Made by a program: the position numbers and the translations under genes | Shown here: positions 42,553 to 52,398 of the stretch, piece by piece | Layout of the letters: the number at the start of each line of letters is the position of its first letter | How positions within the stretch are numbered: the stretch's first letter is position 1 | The notes under the pieces: generated by a model | The model's input: the letters and a program-made list of their open reading frames with translations, nothing else | Database searches by the model: none | What the model was told of the DNA's origin: nothing | IMG/VR virus record: IMGVR_UViG_3300043313_001192 | Location: 89,598-153,597 of that record | Strand: one strand, 5' to 3' | Source of the DNA: a virus | Lineage: Duplodnaviria; Heunggongvirae; Uroviricota; Caudoviricetes | Length of the DNA stretch: 64,000 bases

Positions 42553-43712
42553 AGGACACCGTCCTCGGTGAGTTTGTCCACGACGAGATTGTGCTTCTCG
42601 ACGACGTTGTCGGCGGTGGCGTGATAGTCGGTGTCTGGCGTTGGTTCGACGCCGCCGGTGAGCGTGACGCTCGTGCCCACCTTGGCGTAGTTGATGAGCC
42701 AGGTACGCGCTGCTCCGTGCCCGGAGAGGACGTAGCCACCCGCTGGGATGGTCGCGTTTCCCTTGGCGTCGACCAGTGCGGTGACCTTGCCACCCACCAC
42801 CGTGGCTTCGGCACCCCACTGGTTGGTGCCGGTGGTCGCGCCGGTCTTGGAGGTGTACTCGATCAGCTGGTCGGTCTGGCGCCCGACGTCCACACCGTCG
42901 AGCGTGTGGGCGGTCGAGCCGATGCGCACGTGGTCCTCGGTGGGGGTCGGTTCTGGGGTCGGAGTCGGGGTAGGTGCCGGATCCGGTGTCGTGGTCGGGG
43001 GCGTCGTGGATGCCCCGCCGTCCGCTTCGTTGCGTGCCGCGTAGATCGACTTGATCTCGGTGTCGGTGAGCACCCGGTTCCAGAACGCCACCCGGCGTAG
43101 CTTGCCGACCAGGAATCCGGTGGCCAGGTCCTTGCTGCCCAGCCGGACCGGCTGGGTGGTGTTCTGCGGCTTGATCGAGTAGCCCGAGAGCAGATCGGAG
43201 TCACGCTTGACCCCGTCCTTGAAGATCTGGGTCTGCTTGAGGTCACAGGTCCCGACCACGACACGCTCCTGGCCCGTGGGGTCGTCGTCCTGGAAGTAGG
43301 AGCCAGCGCCCAGACCACCTGAGTAGTTGAAGTGGTAGAACGACGTCCGCTTCGGCCGCGACGGCGCCTCGCCGGTGCCCCCCGGATAGACGTAGTGCCG
43401 GAAGCACCACTCCGCCGGGGTACCGTTCGCGGCCTTGCCCATCCAGTTGACGTACTCGCTGGCGTGCGCGCCCTTCCAGCTGTCCAGGGTCATGAAGACC
43501 AGGACCGTCAGCCCACCCTTGGTGGCCACCGAGAAGTCGTCGTGGTCCGACAGCTCGATGTAGGAGTCTCCGGTGAAGACGGCCCCCTTCGAGCCGAAGG
43601 TGCAGCCGTGATTCTTGCCGTCGATGTTGCCCACCGAGTCGCTGGCGTCCTTGGTCAGGTCGTAGTAGTGGGTGAGACCTGGCATCTTCGAGATCACATC
43701 GAGAAACGTCAT
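42549..43712 (-). CDS. LamG-like domain protein with shared C-terminal module
   Basis: 387 aa; N-terminal 240 aa paralogous to 38572..39300; PT-rich linker; C-terminal ...[30 protein letters not shown]...[28 protein letters not shown]. Confidence 0.5.
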   Translation of the reverse strand: MTFLDVISKMPGLTHYYDLTKDASDSVGNIDGKNHGCTFGSKGAVFTGDSYIELSDHDDFSVATKGGLTVLVFMTLDSWKGAHASEYVNWMGKAANGTPAEWCFRHYVYPGGTGEAPSRPKRTSFYHFNYSGGLGAGSYFQDDDPTGQERVVVGTCDLKQTQIFKDGVKRDSDLLSGYSIKPQNTTQPVRLGSKDLATGFLVGKLRRVAFWNRVLTDTEIKSIYAARNEADGGASTTPPTTTPDPAPTPTPTPEPTPTEDHVRIGSTAHTLDGVDVGRQTDQLIEYTSKTGATTGTNQWGAEATVVGGKVTALVDAKGNATIPAGGYVLSGHGAARTWLINYAKVGTSVTLTGGVEPTPDTDYHATADNVVEKHNLVVDKLTEDGVL

Positions 43713-43758
43713 CAGCGCACCCTAAACCTACCGTCGGAGGTGCCTTGACGTTACCACT

Positions 43759-45090
43759 TCACTTGCTCACGATGACGGTCTCCACAGCGGGCTCGACGGC
43801 GACATCTGCGTGAACAACAGACCCACGGGTGTGCCACGAGGTGGACTTCAGCTGGGTCAGCGCGTAGTACACGGCGGGGCGCAGGATGATCAGGCCGAGC
43901 AGCGGGTAGAGCGGTGAGAGCGCCCACTGGATCCACCGGTCCTTGGCGGTGAAGCTGGGCCGGTACATGGCGTAGATCGCTGTCATGGTGAGTGCACACA
44001 CCTCCCAGAAGAGCAGCCCGCGCAGCAGCGCGAGACTGCCGTACTTGATCGTGACGGTCGTGAGCACCACGACCACGATCGGCCAGAGCAGCGCGAAGAC
44101 CAGCGGGAAGACGTAGAAGAACACCATCAGCGGGCGCAGGTTCGTGATCACGAATGGCGTGCCGAGCCAGGCAGACTTGCTCCAGCGCATCCGCTGCCAG
44201 AAGCAGCCCTTCCAGGTCTCGGGCAGCTGGGTAGCGACTATCGACTCGGTGACACCGACGACCTGCCCGCGCATCAGCGCGTAGAAGGACAGTCGTCGGT
44301 CGTCCCCGGCAGTGCCGGAGGTCAGGTAGTCGTCCAGGTTGTCGTAGATGACCCTGGCTCGGTACAGCGCGAGTGCGCCGGATGTCGGAGAGACGATGCC
44401 CAGGATCGAGCGTGCCATCCGGAAGAGCAGGCACGAGGTGACCACGTTGATGTCGGTGAGCCGGGTCAGGAAGTTCTTGTTCCAGTTGCGCACCAGGATC
44501 ATCCCGGTGGCTGCCTGGACCCGGTCGTCCTTCATCGAGCGCAGCAGGTGCTCCAGCGCGTCCTCGTCACAGACCGAGTCGGAGTCGACAGTGAGGATGT
44601 AGTCGAACTCGTACGGCGAGTGCATCTTCAGGGCGTGCGCCTGAGCCTCGCGCTTGCCCGCGTTGTCGACCCGGTGCCACTGGACCAGCGGGTCCTCGAA
44701 GGTCGTCAGAGGGACCTCGGAGCCGTCGTCGATCACGTGGATCACGTCGGGCAGGATCGTCTGGCGCAGCAGCGCGCGCACCGCCTCGTGCACCAGGTGC
44801 GCCTCCTCGTTGTAGACCGGCATGATGCACATCACCCGCCCCGCTGCTGGGGGCAGGTGCGTGAAGGAACGCCAGTGCACCGCCGAGAGCATGAAGTAGG
44901 TGATCATCACCGCGATCACGGTGAAGAACACCGTCAGGAAGAGGATGTCCTGGTGCCAGCCCCACGAGATGTGGGTCCAGATCGTGTAGGTCAGGAACAC
45001 GATCAACGGCAGGTAGGCCAACGCCGTCCGGGTCCCGCGAAAGGGCTGGCTCCGTCCAGCCCTACGCTCGGTGTTGACGGCGTTGGACAT
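43759..45090 (-). CDS. processive family-2 glycosyltransferase (polysaccharide synthase, QxxRW type)
   Basis: 443 aa; multiple TM helices; VIDDGS, DSDS, GDDRRL and QRMRW motifs (D,D,D,QxxRW as in cellulose/chitin/hyaluronan/PNAG synthases). Confidence 0.75.
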   Translation of the reverse strand: MSNAVNTERRAGRSQPFRGTRTALAYLPLIVFLTYTIWTHISWGWHQDILFLTVFFTVIAVMITYFMLSAVHWRSFTHLPPAAGRVMCIMPVYNEEAHLVHEAVRALLRQTILPDVIHVIDDGSEVPLTTFEDPLVQWHRVDNAGKREAQAHALKMHSPYEFDYILTVDSDSVCDEDALEHLLRSMKDDRVQAATGMILVRNWNKNFLTRLTDINVVTSCLLFRMARSILGIVSPTSGALALYRARVIYDNLDDYLTSGTAGDDRRLSFYALMRGQVVGVTESIVATQLPETWKGCFWQRMRWSKSAWLGTPFVITNLRPLMVFFYVFPLVFALLWPIVVVVLTTVTIKYGSLALLRGLLFWEVCALTMTAIYAMYRPSFTAKDRWIQWALSPLYPLLGLIILRPAVYYALTQLKSTSWHTRGSVVHADVAVEPAVETVIVSK

Positions 45091-46099
45091 AGCGATCCCC
45101 CCTGGTGGCGATGCGGTAGGTGAACACGAACGTCAGTGCGATGGTGATGCCCAGCAGCATGATCAGGGTCTGGTTCACCCGGATCGCCCCGATGGTGACC
45201 GCGGACTGTGCCGAGTCCGGTGTCTTGACGGATGTGTCGCCTGCCGTGGCTGCACTTCCGTAGTGCTGGACGTTGCCGTCCGAGGGCAGCAGCTTGCCGC
45301 CGACGACGTTGGCAACGGTGGCCACCGTAGTGGACGTCGGGCGCTTGGAGAGCCAGTCCACGAACGCGATGAAGGTGTCCAGCGAGATCGAGTTGTCCGA
45401 GGGCGTGTCGACCTTGGAGCAGTTGGTGTCACAGATCCGGTGGAACACCAACGGGACCCAGCCGCCGTGGTCGTCCTCGGCCTGGGTGACGTACTTCCTC
45501 AGGTCGGCCAGCGTCGTGCTGGGACGTGCTGTGGTCGGCGTCCGGATGGCCCACTGGTCCTTGGCTGGGATCGTCTCAGCAGTGGGGCAGTCCAGATCGC
45601 AGCCGTAGCTGGACGAGCGCAGGCCGGGCAGTGCGCGAGCGCTGTTGTAGCCACAGTCACGGGCGACCTTCTTCACCTCGCTGTTCGTCGAGCCGAGCGG
45701 GTAGGCGAAGTCGCTGACCCGGAATCCCATGCTGAGCAGGGTGGCCCGGTCGTCACAGATCTCGTGACGCATCTTGCTCGGTGACAGGGTGGTCAGGTCG
45801 GGGTGGTCGAGCGTGTGCCCGCCGATCTCGAAGCCCGCGGCCTGGTACTTCTTGAGCTGTGCACGGGTCAGGTAGTCGACGTCCTTGCTGATGCGCGGGC
45901 TGTTGACGTACACGGTGCCGGTCATGTCGTAGTTCTTCAGCACGTCCAGCGCGAGCTTCTGGGTGGCGAGCGTGTCGTCGAAGGTGAAGCTGACGATCGT
46001 GGGCTCCGGCTCCGAGGACGCTGCCGTTGCCGAGAGGGTGAACGGTCCGAGCGTCAACAGCACCATCATGCCGAGTAGCAGGAGAGAGAAGCGCTTCAC
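45062..46099 (-). CDS. membrane-anchored NodB-family polysaccharide deacetylase
   Basis: Signal/TM MKRFSLLLLGMMVLLTLGPF...; NodB motifs FTFDDT, TGTVYVNSPRI, GFEIGGHTLDHPDL; C-terminal TM LIMLLGITIALTFVFTY. Confidence 0.7.
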   Translation of the reverse strand: MKRFSLLLLGMMVLLTLGPFTLSATAASSEPEPTIVSFTFDDTLATQKLALDVLKNYDMTGTVYVNSPRISKDVDYLTRAQLKKYQAAGFEIGGHTLDHPDLTTLSPSKMRHEICDDRATLLSMGFRVSDFAYPLGSTNSEVKKVARDCGYNSARALPGLRSSSYGCDLDCPTAETIPAKDQWAIRTPTTARPSTTLADLRKYVTQAEDDHGGWVPLVFHRICDTNCSKVDTPSDNSISLDTFIAFVDWLSKRPTSTTVATVANVVGGKLLPSDGNVQHYGSAATAGDTSVKTPDSAQSAVTIGAIRVNQTLIMLLGITIALTFVFTYRIATRGDRYVQRRQHRA

Positions 46100-47355
46100 A
46101 GCCGCACCACGTTCCTACGGTCAGGGACCACGTTGCGGCAGTCGAGCACGCGCTGGGCCTCGACGCAGAGCTTGTCGTAGTCGATCTCGTCGTGGTGGGT
46201 GACCACGATCGTCAGCGGGAACTGGCTCAGCTCACCGGCGAGGTCGTGGGAGGAGAGACGCTTGGTCATCGCCCACTCGTCCACGTGCGGGTCCACCACG
46301 GTGACGTCAGCGCCCTGGGCGAGCAGGCCGTCGACGATCGCCAGCGCCGGGGACTCACGCAGGTCGCCCACGTTCGGCTTGTAGGCCAGCCCGACGACCA
46401 GCACCTTGGTGCCCCGGATGTCGATGTCGTCCTTGCGGAGCATGTCCATCGCCCGCTCGACCACGTACGCCGGACGTCGGCCGTTGACCTCGTGGGCCAG
46501 CTCGGCGAACTTGAACGGACGCCCGAGCAGCGCATTGGTCTGCCAGGCCAGGTACATCGGGTCGATCGGCAGGCAGTGCCCACCGACACCCGGACCAGGC
46601 GCCCACCGGGAGACCGAGTGCCCCTTGGTCATCGCCGCGTCGATCATCTCGTGCACGTCGATGTCCATGTCGTGGCAGATCTCGGCCAGCTCGTTGACCA
46701 GCGCGATGTTGACGTATGCCTGGGTGTTCTCGAAGACCTTGGCCAGCTCAGCCACCTTGGGCGAGGACACCGGCACGGTCGTGTCCACGATGTCGTCGTA
46801 GAAGCCCTTGATGATGCCCAGCGCCTTCTCGGTGGTGCCGGAGACCAGCTTCGGGGTGTTCTCCAGCGTGTGCGGGCTGGAGGGGCCAGGGTCGATCCGC
46901 TCGGGTGAGAACCCCAGGTGGAAGTCCACACCCGCGGTGAGCCCGGAGGTGCGCTCCAGCGCGTCGGCGAAGACGCCCTCCGTGGTGCCGGGGTAGGTGG
47001 TGGACTCCAGCACGATGGTGCTGCCCTCCTGCAGGATCCGACCCAGGTCCTCACCGGCCGAGATCACGTAGCTCAGGTCGGGGTTGCCGTCGCGCAGCGG
47101 CGTCGGCACGGTGACCACCGCGATGTCGAAGGTGCCGTGGCTGCTCACCATCTGGTGGCACAGTCCCAGCCGGTTGGCAGCGCGCACCTCCGTCAGTCGC
47201 TCGTCGCTGACGTCCTCGATGTAGGAGGTCCCCGCGACCAGCGAGTTGATCTTGGTGCGGTCCAGGTCGATACCCACCACGTGGTGGCCGACCTCTGCTG
47301 CCCGAACCGCCAGTGGCAGTCCGACGTATCCCAGTCCGATGATGCAGACCCTCAT
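46096..47355 (-). CDS. NDP-sugar 6-dehydrogenase (UDP-glucose/UDP-N-acetylhexosamine dehydrogenase family)
   Basis: 419 aa; N-terminal Rossmann MRVCIIGLGYVGLPLAV; catalytic GGHCLPIDP; YKPNVGDLRESPAL. The GGHC (rather than GGSC) block is more like WbpA/TviB/WecC-type UDP-N-acetylhexosamine dehydrogenases than UgdH. Confidence 0.8.
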   Translation of the reverse strand: MRVCIIGLGYVGLPLAVRAAEVGHHVVGIDLDRTKINSLVAGTSYIEDVSDERLTEVRAANRLGLCHQMVSSHGTFDIAVVTVPTPLRDGNPDLSYVISAGEDLGRILQEGSTIVLESTTYPGTTEGVFADALERTSGLTAGVDFHLGFSPERIDPGPSSPHTLENTPKLVSGTTEKALGIIKGFYDDIVDTTVPVSSPKVAELAKVFENTQAYVNIALVNELAEICHDMDIDVHEMIDAAMTKGHSVSRWAPGPGVGGHCLPIDPMYLAWQTNALLGRPFKFAELAHEVNGRRPAYVVERAMDMLRKDDIDIRGTKVLVVGLAYKPNVGDLRESPALAIVDGLLAQGADVTVVDPHVDEWAMTKRLSSHDLAGELSQFPLTIVVTHHDEIDYDKLCVEAQRVLDCRNVVPDRRNVVRL

Positions 47356-48065
47356 GATGCGCTCTCTTCCTCTTCCTCTTGCTCCTGGTCAGGGGACTTC
47401 TCACGCAGAACCACCGACAGGGGGTCCTCGTAGTCGAACAACACGGTGAGGATCGAGTCCCCGGTCACGTGCTCGTGCTTGCTCCAGATCACCGGGATGT
47501 TCTTGGCGGTGAACTCGGCGCAGTCGCCCATGTAGGCGCGAGCGCCGGTGCCCGAGAGATAGCTCAGCGGGCGCGGAAACGCCTCCATCGCGTAGATCAG
47601 ACCCTCTGAGCCGCGTAGGTCATCAGGGATCGCACGGCTGAGTGTCAGCGGCGTCTCGATGCCGAGCATGTCGCGGATCAGCAGGATCAGCCGGAAGTTG
47701 AACTCCCAGAGCCGATCGGTCGTGATCGAGGTGATCTCGTCCATGACCCGCTCGCCGCGCTGCTCGTGGTCCCAGAACTGGGCCACTCCGTCCCCGGCCT
47801 TGCTGCCGTAGCGGGAGTGCACCATCTTGGCCAGCTCGGCCGCGGCCTCGGGCTTGACCCGCTTGTCGAAGATCGACTCGGTCGAGGATCCGGGCTGCAG
47901 CGGAAGGTTGGCCCAGCGCTCGCGCATCAGCACCCGACGCTGGTAACCCCGGTTGACGAACTGGTCCCAGATCTTGAGGTCGAAGACCTCGGCGTGGGCC
48001 ATCTTGTAGAAGAACCCGCTGTAGGGCAGCAGGTCTGGCTGGTGGGCTGAGTAGAGCATCAGCAC
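47352..48065 (-). CDS. WbqC-like family protein
   Basis: N-terminal ...SAHQPDLLPYSGFFYKMAHAEVFDL fits the WbqC pattern (Q.NY.PW.GYF..I..AD.F); ATGA overlap. Confidence 0.5.
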   Translation of the reverse strand: MLMLYSAHQPDLLPYSGFFYKMAHAEVFDLKIWDQFVNRGYQRRVLMRERWANLPLQPGSSTESIFDKRVKPEAAAELAKMVHSRYGSKAGDGVAQFWDHEQRGERVMDEITSITTDRLWEFNFRLILLIRDMLGIETPLTLSRAIPDDLRGSEGLIYAMEAFPRPLSYLSGTGARAYMGDCAEFTAKNIPVIWSKHEHVTGDSILTVLFDYEDPLSVVLREKSPDQEQEEEEESAS

Positions 48066-48095
48066 CCTTCCTGGTGTCGTTGTGTCATTGCGTCG

Positions 48096-48764
48096 TTAGA
48101 CCCGCACGCTGCGAACCAGGGCGTACTGCTCTGCCCAAGCCACCTGACGTGCGACGCCGACGGCATGTGCCATCTGCTTGATGCTGTTGACCGGGTGTGG
48201 GCCGGTCACGGCCTGGGAGGAGTATGCCTCAAGTGCCTCGACCTTGCGGTCGATCTGGTCCTCGTTCAGGGCCTCGAAGACGTTCCACCTCAGGTCGCTC
48301 GGATAGAGCTGGGCGTCGTAGACGGCGACGTCGTAAACGAAAACCGACGGGGTGAAGTGGTGGCCTTCACTCATCGAGAGCCGGGCGGCACGCATGCCCG
48401 CCTCGTAGGCGGCGATGTGATCCTGATGCAGCGAGGGGAACGGCAGGTACAGCTCTTCTGGCCACCATTCGGACAGCGCCTCGTCGAGCGAGCCGACCAG
48501 ACCGTGCATGTCGTGGTCGAGACTGCCGTCGGGACGCTGCAGATAGGCGACGTGCTGGTAGCCCAGCACCTCGCGTGCCCGGTCGAACTCCTTCTCCCGG
48601 ACCTTGTCCGGTGCAGTGAGCACGATCACGCCGCACTCGTCGCGGTACTTCGCGAGAAGCCCACCACATCCCAGTGTCTCGTCGTCACAGTGCGGTGCGA
48701 CCACCGCGCGAGCAACATGTCGCATGAACCCCCCAAGGCCACTATGCGGCCCGCACCGCAGCAC
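48096..48764 (-). CDS. PIG-L/LmbE-family N-acetylglucosaminyl deacetylase
   Basis: VVAPHCDDETLGCGGLL (PIG-L signature) and LHQDHIAAYE (HxDH zinc site). Confidence 0.7.
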   Translation of the reverse strand: MLRCGPHSGLGGFMRHVARAVVAPHCDDETLGCGGLLAKYRDECGVIVLTAPDKVREKEFDRAREVLGYQHVAYLQRPDGSLDHDMHGLVGSLDEALSEWWPEELYLPFPSLHQDHIAAYEAGMRAARLSMSEGHHFTPSVFVYDVAVYDAQLYPSDLRWNVFEALNEDQIDRKVEALEAYSSQAVTGPHPVNSIKQMAHAVGVARQVAWAEQYALVRSVRV

Positions 48765-48910
48765 GGACGATCGTTCGAGTGGACCCCCAGTGGACCCGCA
48801 AGACGGCCCTTCTGGGCTCTGTCGGTCACACCCTAGAGGCTGGTTGAACCGTCTGTCACGTGGGGAACCTCAAAACGCCAAGGTTAGATAAACCAGGTGT
48901 AGACCATCCG

Positions 48911-49390
48911 CTAGTAGATGGTTTCGACCCTGTAGGCTCCCTCGATCGCGGCGTCGACGACCGACGCTTCCTCCAACAGTCGCTCGGCCACGCTGGTCAA
49001 GTAGCGTGCACCGGCCTCGTCGTACTTGTAGAGACTGTCCACCACCGCCTCGGCGGTGTCGGAGACCTGCGCCCAGTACCGGGGCATCTCCGGAGAGACC
49101 ATCTCGGCGTTGCTCCGGTCCGGACGGCACACCTCGCAGGGCACGCTGCCCTCGCGCAGCGCCGGGCGCGGGATCTGGGTCAGCCCGTTGCGCTGGGCCA
49201 CTGCGCACTCCACATCGTGGAACAGGTGCGTCTCACCGACGCGAGAGATCACGTAGGATCCGCCCACGGTTCGGTACAGTCCGAACTCGATCCAGCGCTT
49301 CACCCCAGGACGGAAGGAGGTCGAGAAGGCGAGCAGCACCCCATCGAACTTGATGGTTCGCTTGTTGTCCTTGACCTCGTACATCGTCAT
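48911..49390 (-). CDS. hypothetical protein (159 aa)
   Basis: ORF MTMYEVKDNKRTIKFDGVLLAFSTSFRPGVKRWIEFGLYRTVGGSYVISRVGETHLF... Confidence 0.4.
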   Translation of the reverse strand: MTMYEVKDNKRTIKFDGVLLAFSTSFRPGVKRWIEFGLYRTVGGSYVISRVGETHLFHDVECAVAQRNGLTQIPRPALREGSVPCEVCRPDRSNAEMVSPEMPRYWAQVSDTAEAVVDSLYKYDEAGARYLTSVAERLLEEASVVDAAIEGAYRVETIY

Positions 49391-49455
49391 CCCATCTTCC
49401 GTCGCTCCAACGCGACCACTCTACCCGGCACCGGCACTCTGCCGACCCGGTTCTC

Positions 49456-49917
49456 TCACGGTCCCTTGTTGAACTGGACGCCATCCATCGTGAACGAGAC
49501 CGGTACCTGAGCGTCGATCACGTGCACGGTGGCCACCCCGGTGGTGGCGATGTCGAGCTTCCCGGCCACCGCGTTGGTGGTGCCGGTGCGGTGCACCGCG
49601 ATCACCACGCTCACCGCGGCGGTCGGGCGCGCCTCGGCGGGCAGGGTGAACACGGTCTCACCGGAGACGATCGCGCTGGACTTGGTCATCCCGCCGCGCA
49701 GGTGGACCTGTCCGTTCTTCAGCAGCCGGTAACCCGGTGTCAGGTACCCCGCGCGGGCAGTGTAGTTCGCCCCCAGGGGCGTGAGCGTCGTCCAGGCGGG
49801 CGCCAGCGCCGCCTCCACCGCCAACGCGAGTGCCGTGATGGCGTCGTCGCCGTCGGTGACCAGCTCGTTGCCGTCCGGGCACGGTAGCCGCAGGGTTGGT
49901 GTCAGGTTGATGGCCAT
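49456..49917 (-). CDS. probable minor tail protein (153 aa)
   Basis: Beta-rich, Thr/Ala/Val-rich sequence directly downstream of the minor tail genes. Confidence 0.4.
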   Translation of the reverse strand: MAINLTPTLRLPCPDGNELVTDGDDAITALALAVEAALAPAWTTLTPLGANYTARAGYLTPGYRLLKNGQVHLRGGMTKSSAIVSGETVFTLPAEARPTAAVSVVIAVHRTGTTNAVAGKLDIATTGVATVHVIDAQVPVSFTMDGVQFNKGP

Positions 49918-49930
49918 GGTTCGTCTCCGC

Positions 49931-50662
49931 TCATAGCGCTGTGACCCCGTTCGGGTACGAACTCCAGGTGACGTCCTCGCCCATGTCGTTCCAGGTCAGA
50001 GTGCTGGGGGAGTCGTCCCAGCCGCCTTCCATGGTGGCGTCGGTGCTGAGCTGGACGCAGGGGAAGATTCCCTGCAGTGAGATCCAGCCGGTGCTGGCGG
50101 TCAGCCCTAGGGTCCCCATCACGAAGTAGACCCAGCCGCTGTTGTGCTGGTTCGGCGGATCTTCTGGACGAATCTCGATCCAGGCCGTGCCGAAGTTGCT
50201 CGCCGGGGGACCAGGCACTGCGTCCGGGTCTGGGTTGGCGTTGCCCATGATGCAGGGCAGGATCACGTTGTGCTGGGGGCGCCAGTCCGACGGGAGGCCG
50301 AACATCGGCTGGTTGTAGCGGATGTTGGCGGTCAGGTTCGGCGCTCCCGCCTTGCGGCGCACCATCCCGGTCAGCACGCACATGCCGCCGATCAGATGTG
50401 CCTCAGGCATGCTGTAGGGAGTGCTGAGCACCCCACCGGGGTAGCCAGGGTCCGCCGGATCGGTGATCACCGGCCCGAAGGTGGTGTAGGACTCCCACAG
50501 GTTGACGGCCGGGGACCAGTCCAGTACCTCCTCCACCACCGTCGCGCCGGTCTCCTCGTCGACGTAGATCTGAGCCTGGGTGGACTGAGACCGCATGGTG
50601 CTCTGCTCCAGCATCTCCAGCCGGAGGTCCATCTGGTTCAGCGAGGTCCCGATCTCAGGCAT
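49931..50662 (-). CDS. probable minor tail protein (243 aa)
   Basis: Position in the tail module; ATGA overlap with the upstream gene. Confidence 0.45.
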   Translation of the reverse strand: MPEIGTSLNQMDLRLEMLEQSTMRSQSTQAQIYVDEETGATVVEEVLDWSPAVNLWESYTTFGPVITDPADPGYPGGVLSTPYSMPEAHLIGGMCVLTGMVRRKAGAPNLTANIRYNQPMFGLPSDWRPQHNVILPCIMGNANPDPDAVPGPPASNFGTAWIEIRPEDPPNQHNSGWVYFVMGTLGLTASTGWISLQGIFPCVQLSTDATMEGGWDDSPSTLTWNDMGEDVTWSSYPNGVTAL

Positions 50663-52398
50663 TACTCACCCTCTGAGATGTGGGTGTCGTCGGTCAGCTC
50701 CAGCGTGATCTCTTCGCTGCTGTAGTCGCTCTCCTGCTCACCCTGGATGGTGACGGTGTAGCCGATGATGCGCCGCTGCAGGTACATCTTGCCGCCGTAG
50801 AACGGGTCCTCGATGGCGAACGTGGCCCAGTCACCAAGACCGAACTCTGGGAACGGGGTGCCGGGGTCGGTGCGCAAGGTGATGGACAGGTCGGTGGCAC
50901 GCTTGGAGGTGTGCAGTCCCACTTGTTGGGTGCCGAGGTCGCTGAGCTGCCCGGCTATGGGTGGGTGCGCTAGCTGCAGCAAGCGATTGCCACGGCTTCG
51001 CAGAGTGGACAGTGACGACGTTTCGTATGACTGCACCCGGTCGTAGAGCCGCCAGCCCTGGGTACCTCGGGTCGCAGCCGCTGCCGTGTTGCCCGGCACC
51101 AGCATCAGGCTGGTGTTCGGCACGTACTCGACATGCTTGAGAGCACCTTCACCCTGGTCCACCACGATGATGCGAGTCGCACAGTCCTCCATCGACTCGT
51201 TCAACGACCAGGCAGAGATGTGGCCGGGGTAGTCGAAAGTCAGGCCGTCGGGATTGTCCACGGACGTGACCGGGTGCTTCCCGATGAACTCGCTCGTGAT
51301 CCCGGTCGGTGTGACACCGTCGGTGCCCATGGACATCTCGCCGAACAGCCAGCGTTGCCGGAAGATCTGCTGAGCGTCGTCGAACCAGGACATCACTCGG
51401 TACTCGAAGCGGCGGAAGGCACCCACAGCCGTGCTGGTGGCCACTGTCTCGGTGTCGGCCCAGGTCTGCAGTGCGTCACCGACCCGATTCATGTCATAGC
51501 CCCGGAAGGTCTCGTTCACCGTGGTCAGCACCTCGACGCCGTTGCGCTTCCACTTGAAGGTCGGACTGCTCTGTGGCATCTCGATCTTCGGGCTGTTCTT
51601 CGGCCACACCTCATAGGCCGAGGCTGCGGTTCCGTCGGTCGAGCGAGGAGCGGCATTGGACGTGGACCACGCCGCGATCCACTTGGTCCCCACCTTCTTC
51701 CTCGGATATGACCTGGTGATCCCGGTCCACGGCACCGGGAGCTTCCTCTTGGCGCTGCCGTCGAGATAGCGATTGGCCTCGTTGGCGACATTGCCGTGAG
51801 CCGCATCGGAGAACTTGAAGTCGTTCATGGTCTGGTCGATCACCGCCCACCAGATCTTGTAGGCGTTGGTCTTGGCCGTGAACACCACCGACTTGCGCAG
51901 TGCCCGGTAGTAGAGGTAGCCCTCCCAGGAGAGAGCAGTGATGGACATCGTGGAATCACCGCTGCTGTAGCCGCGTGACCACAAGATGCCGCCCCAGACC
52001 ACCTTCTCGTTGCGCAGGATGTAGATCGCCCGGTTGCCGCACTCGAACATCGACCCGATCGGGATGCCCGATCGGTCAGGATGCGGAACTCGCTGGAAGA
52101 CGTTGGACGGTGGGTGTGCCATCAGGTCGAGGTAGAAGTCCGGCATGTAGATGTTGCCGCTCATCTCGGTCCCGGAGTACAGCCCGAGTGAGTAGCTGAC
52201 CCCGGTCAGAGGCAGCACGTACATCACCTCACCGGCCTTGTGAGGATGCGTCGGGTCGCTGGGGTTCGGGGTGTCGTGCAGGTAGGCCATCACGTAGCGG
52301 TACCGGACCGGCTTGAAGTTGCCGTACAGCTCGTTGGGGTCAGGTTGGACACCCTGAAGGACGGGGTGCACCTTGGAAACAGTCATCAGCTCACTCAT
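50662..52398 (-). CDS. minor tail protein (~578 aa)
   Basis: Start judged at MSELMTVSKVHPVLQG (ATGA overlap with the upstream stop at 52395); large beta-rich protein after the TMP. Confidence 0.5.
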   Translation of the reverse strand: MSELMTVSKVHPVLQGVQPDPNELYGNFKPVRYRYVMAYLHDTPNPSDPTHPHKAGEVMYVLPLTGVSYSLGLYSGTEMSGNIYMPDFYLDLMAHPPSNVFQRVPHPDRSGIPIGSMFECGNRAIYILRNEKVVWGGILWSRGYSSGDSTMSITALSWEGYLYYRALRKSVVFTAKTNAYKIWWAVIDQTMNDFKFSDAAHGNVANEANRYLDGSAKRKLPVPWTGITRSYPRKKVGTKWIAAWSTSNAAPRSTDGTAASAYEVWPKNSPKIEMPQSSPTFKWKRNGVEVLTTVNETFRGYDMNRVGDALQTWADTETVATSTAVGAFRRFEYRVMSWFDDAQQIFRQRWLFGEMSMGTDGVTPTGITSEFIGKHPVTSVDNPDGLTFDYPGHISAWSLNESMEDCATRIIVVDQGEGALKHVEYVPNTSLMLVPGNTAAAATRGTQGWRLYDRVQSYETSSLSTLRSRGNRLLQLAHPPIAGQLSDLGTQQVGLHTSKRATDLSITLRTDPGTPFPEFGLGDWATFAIEDPFYGGKMYLQRRIIGYTVTIQGEQESDYSSEEITLELTDDTHISEGE

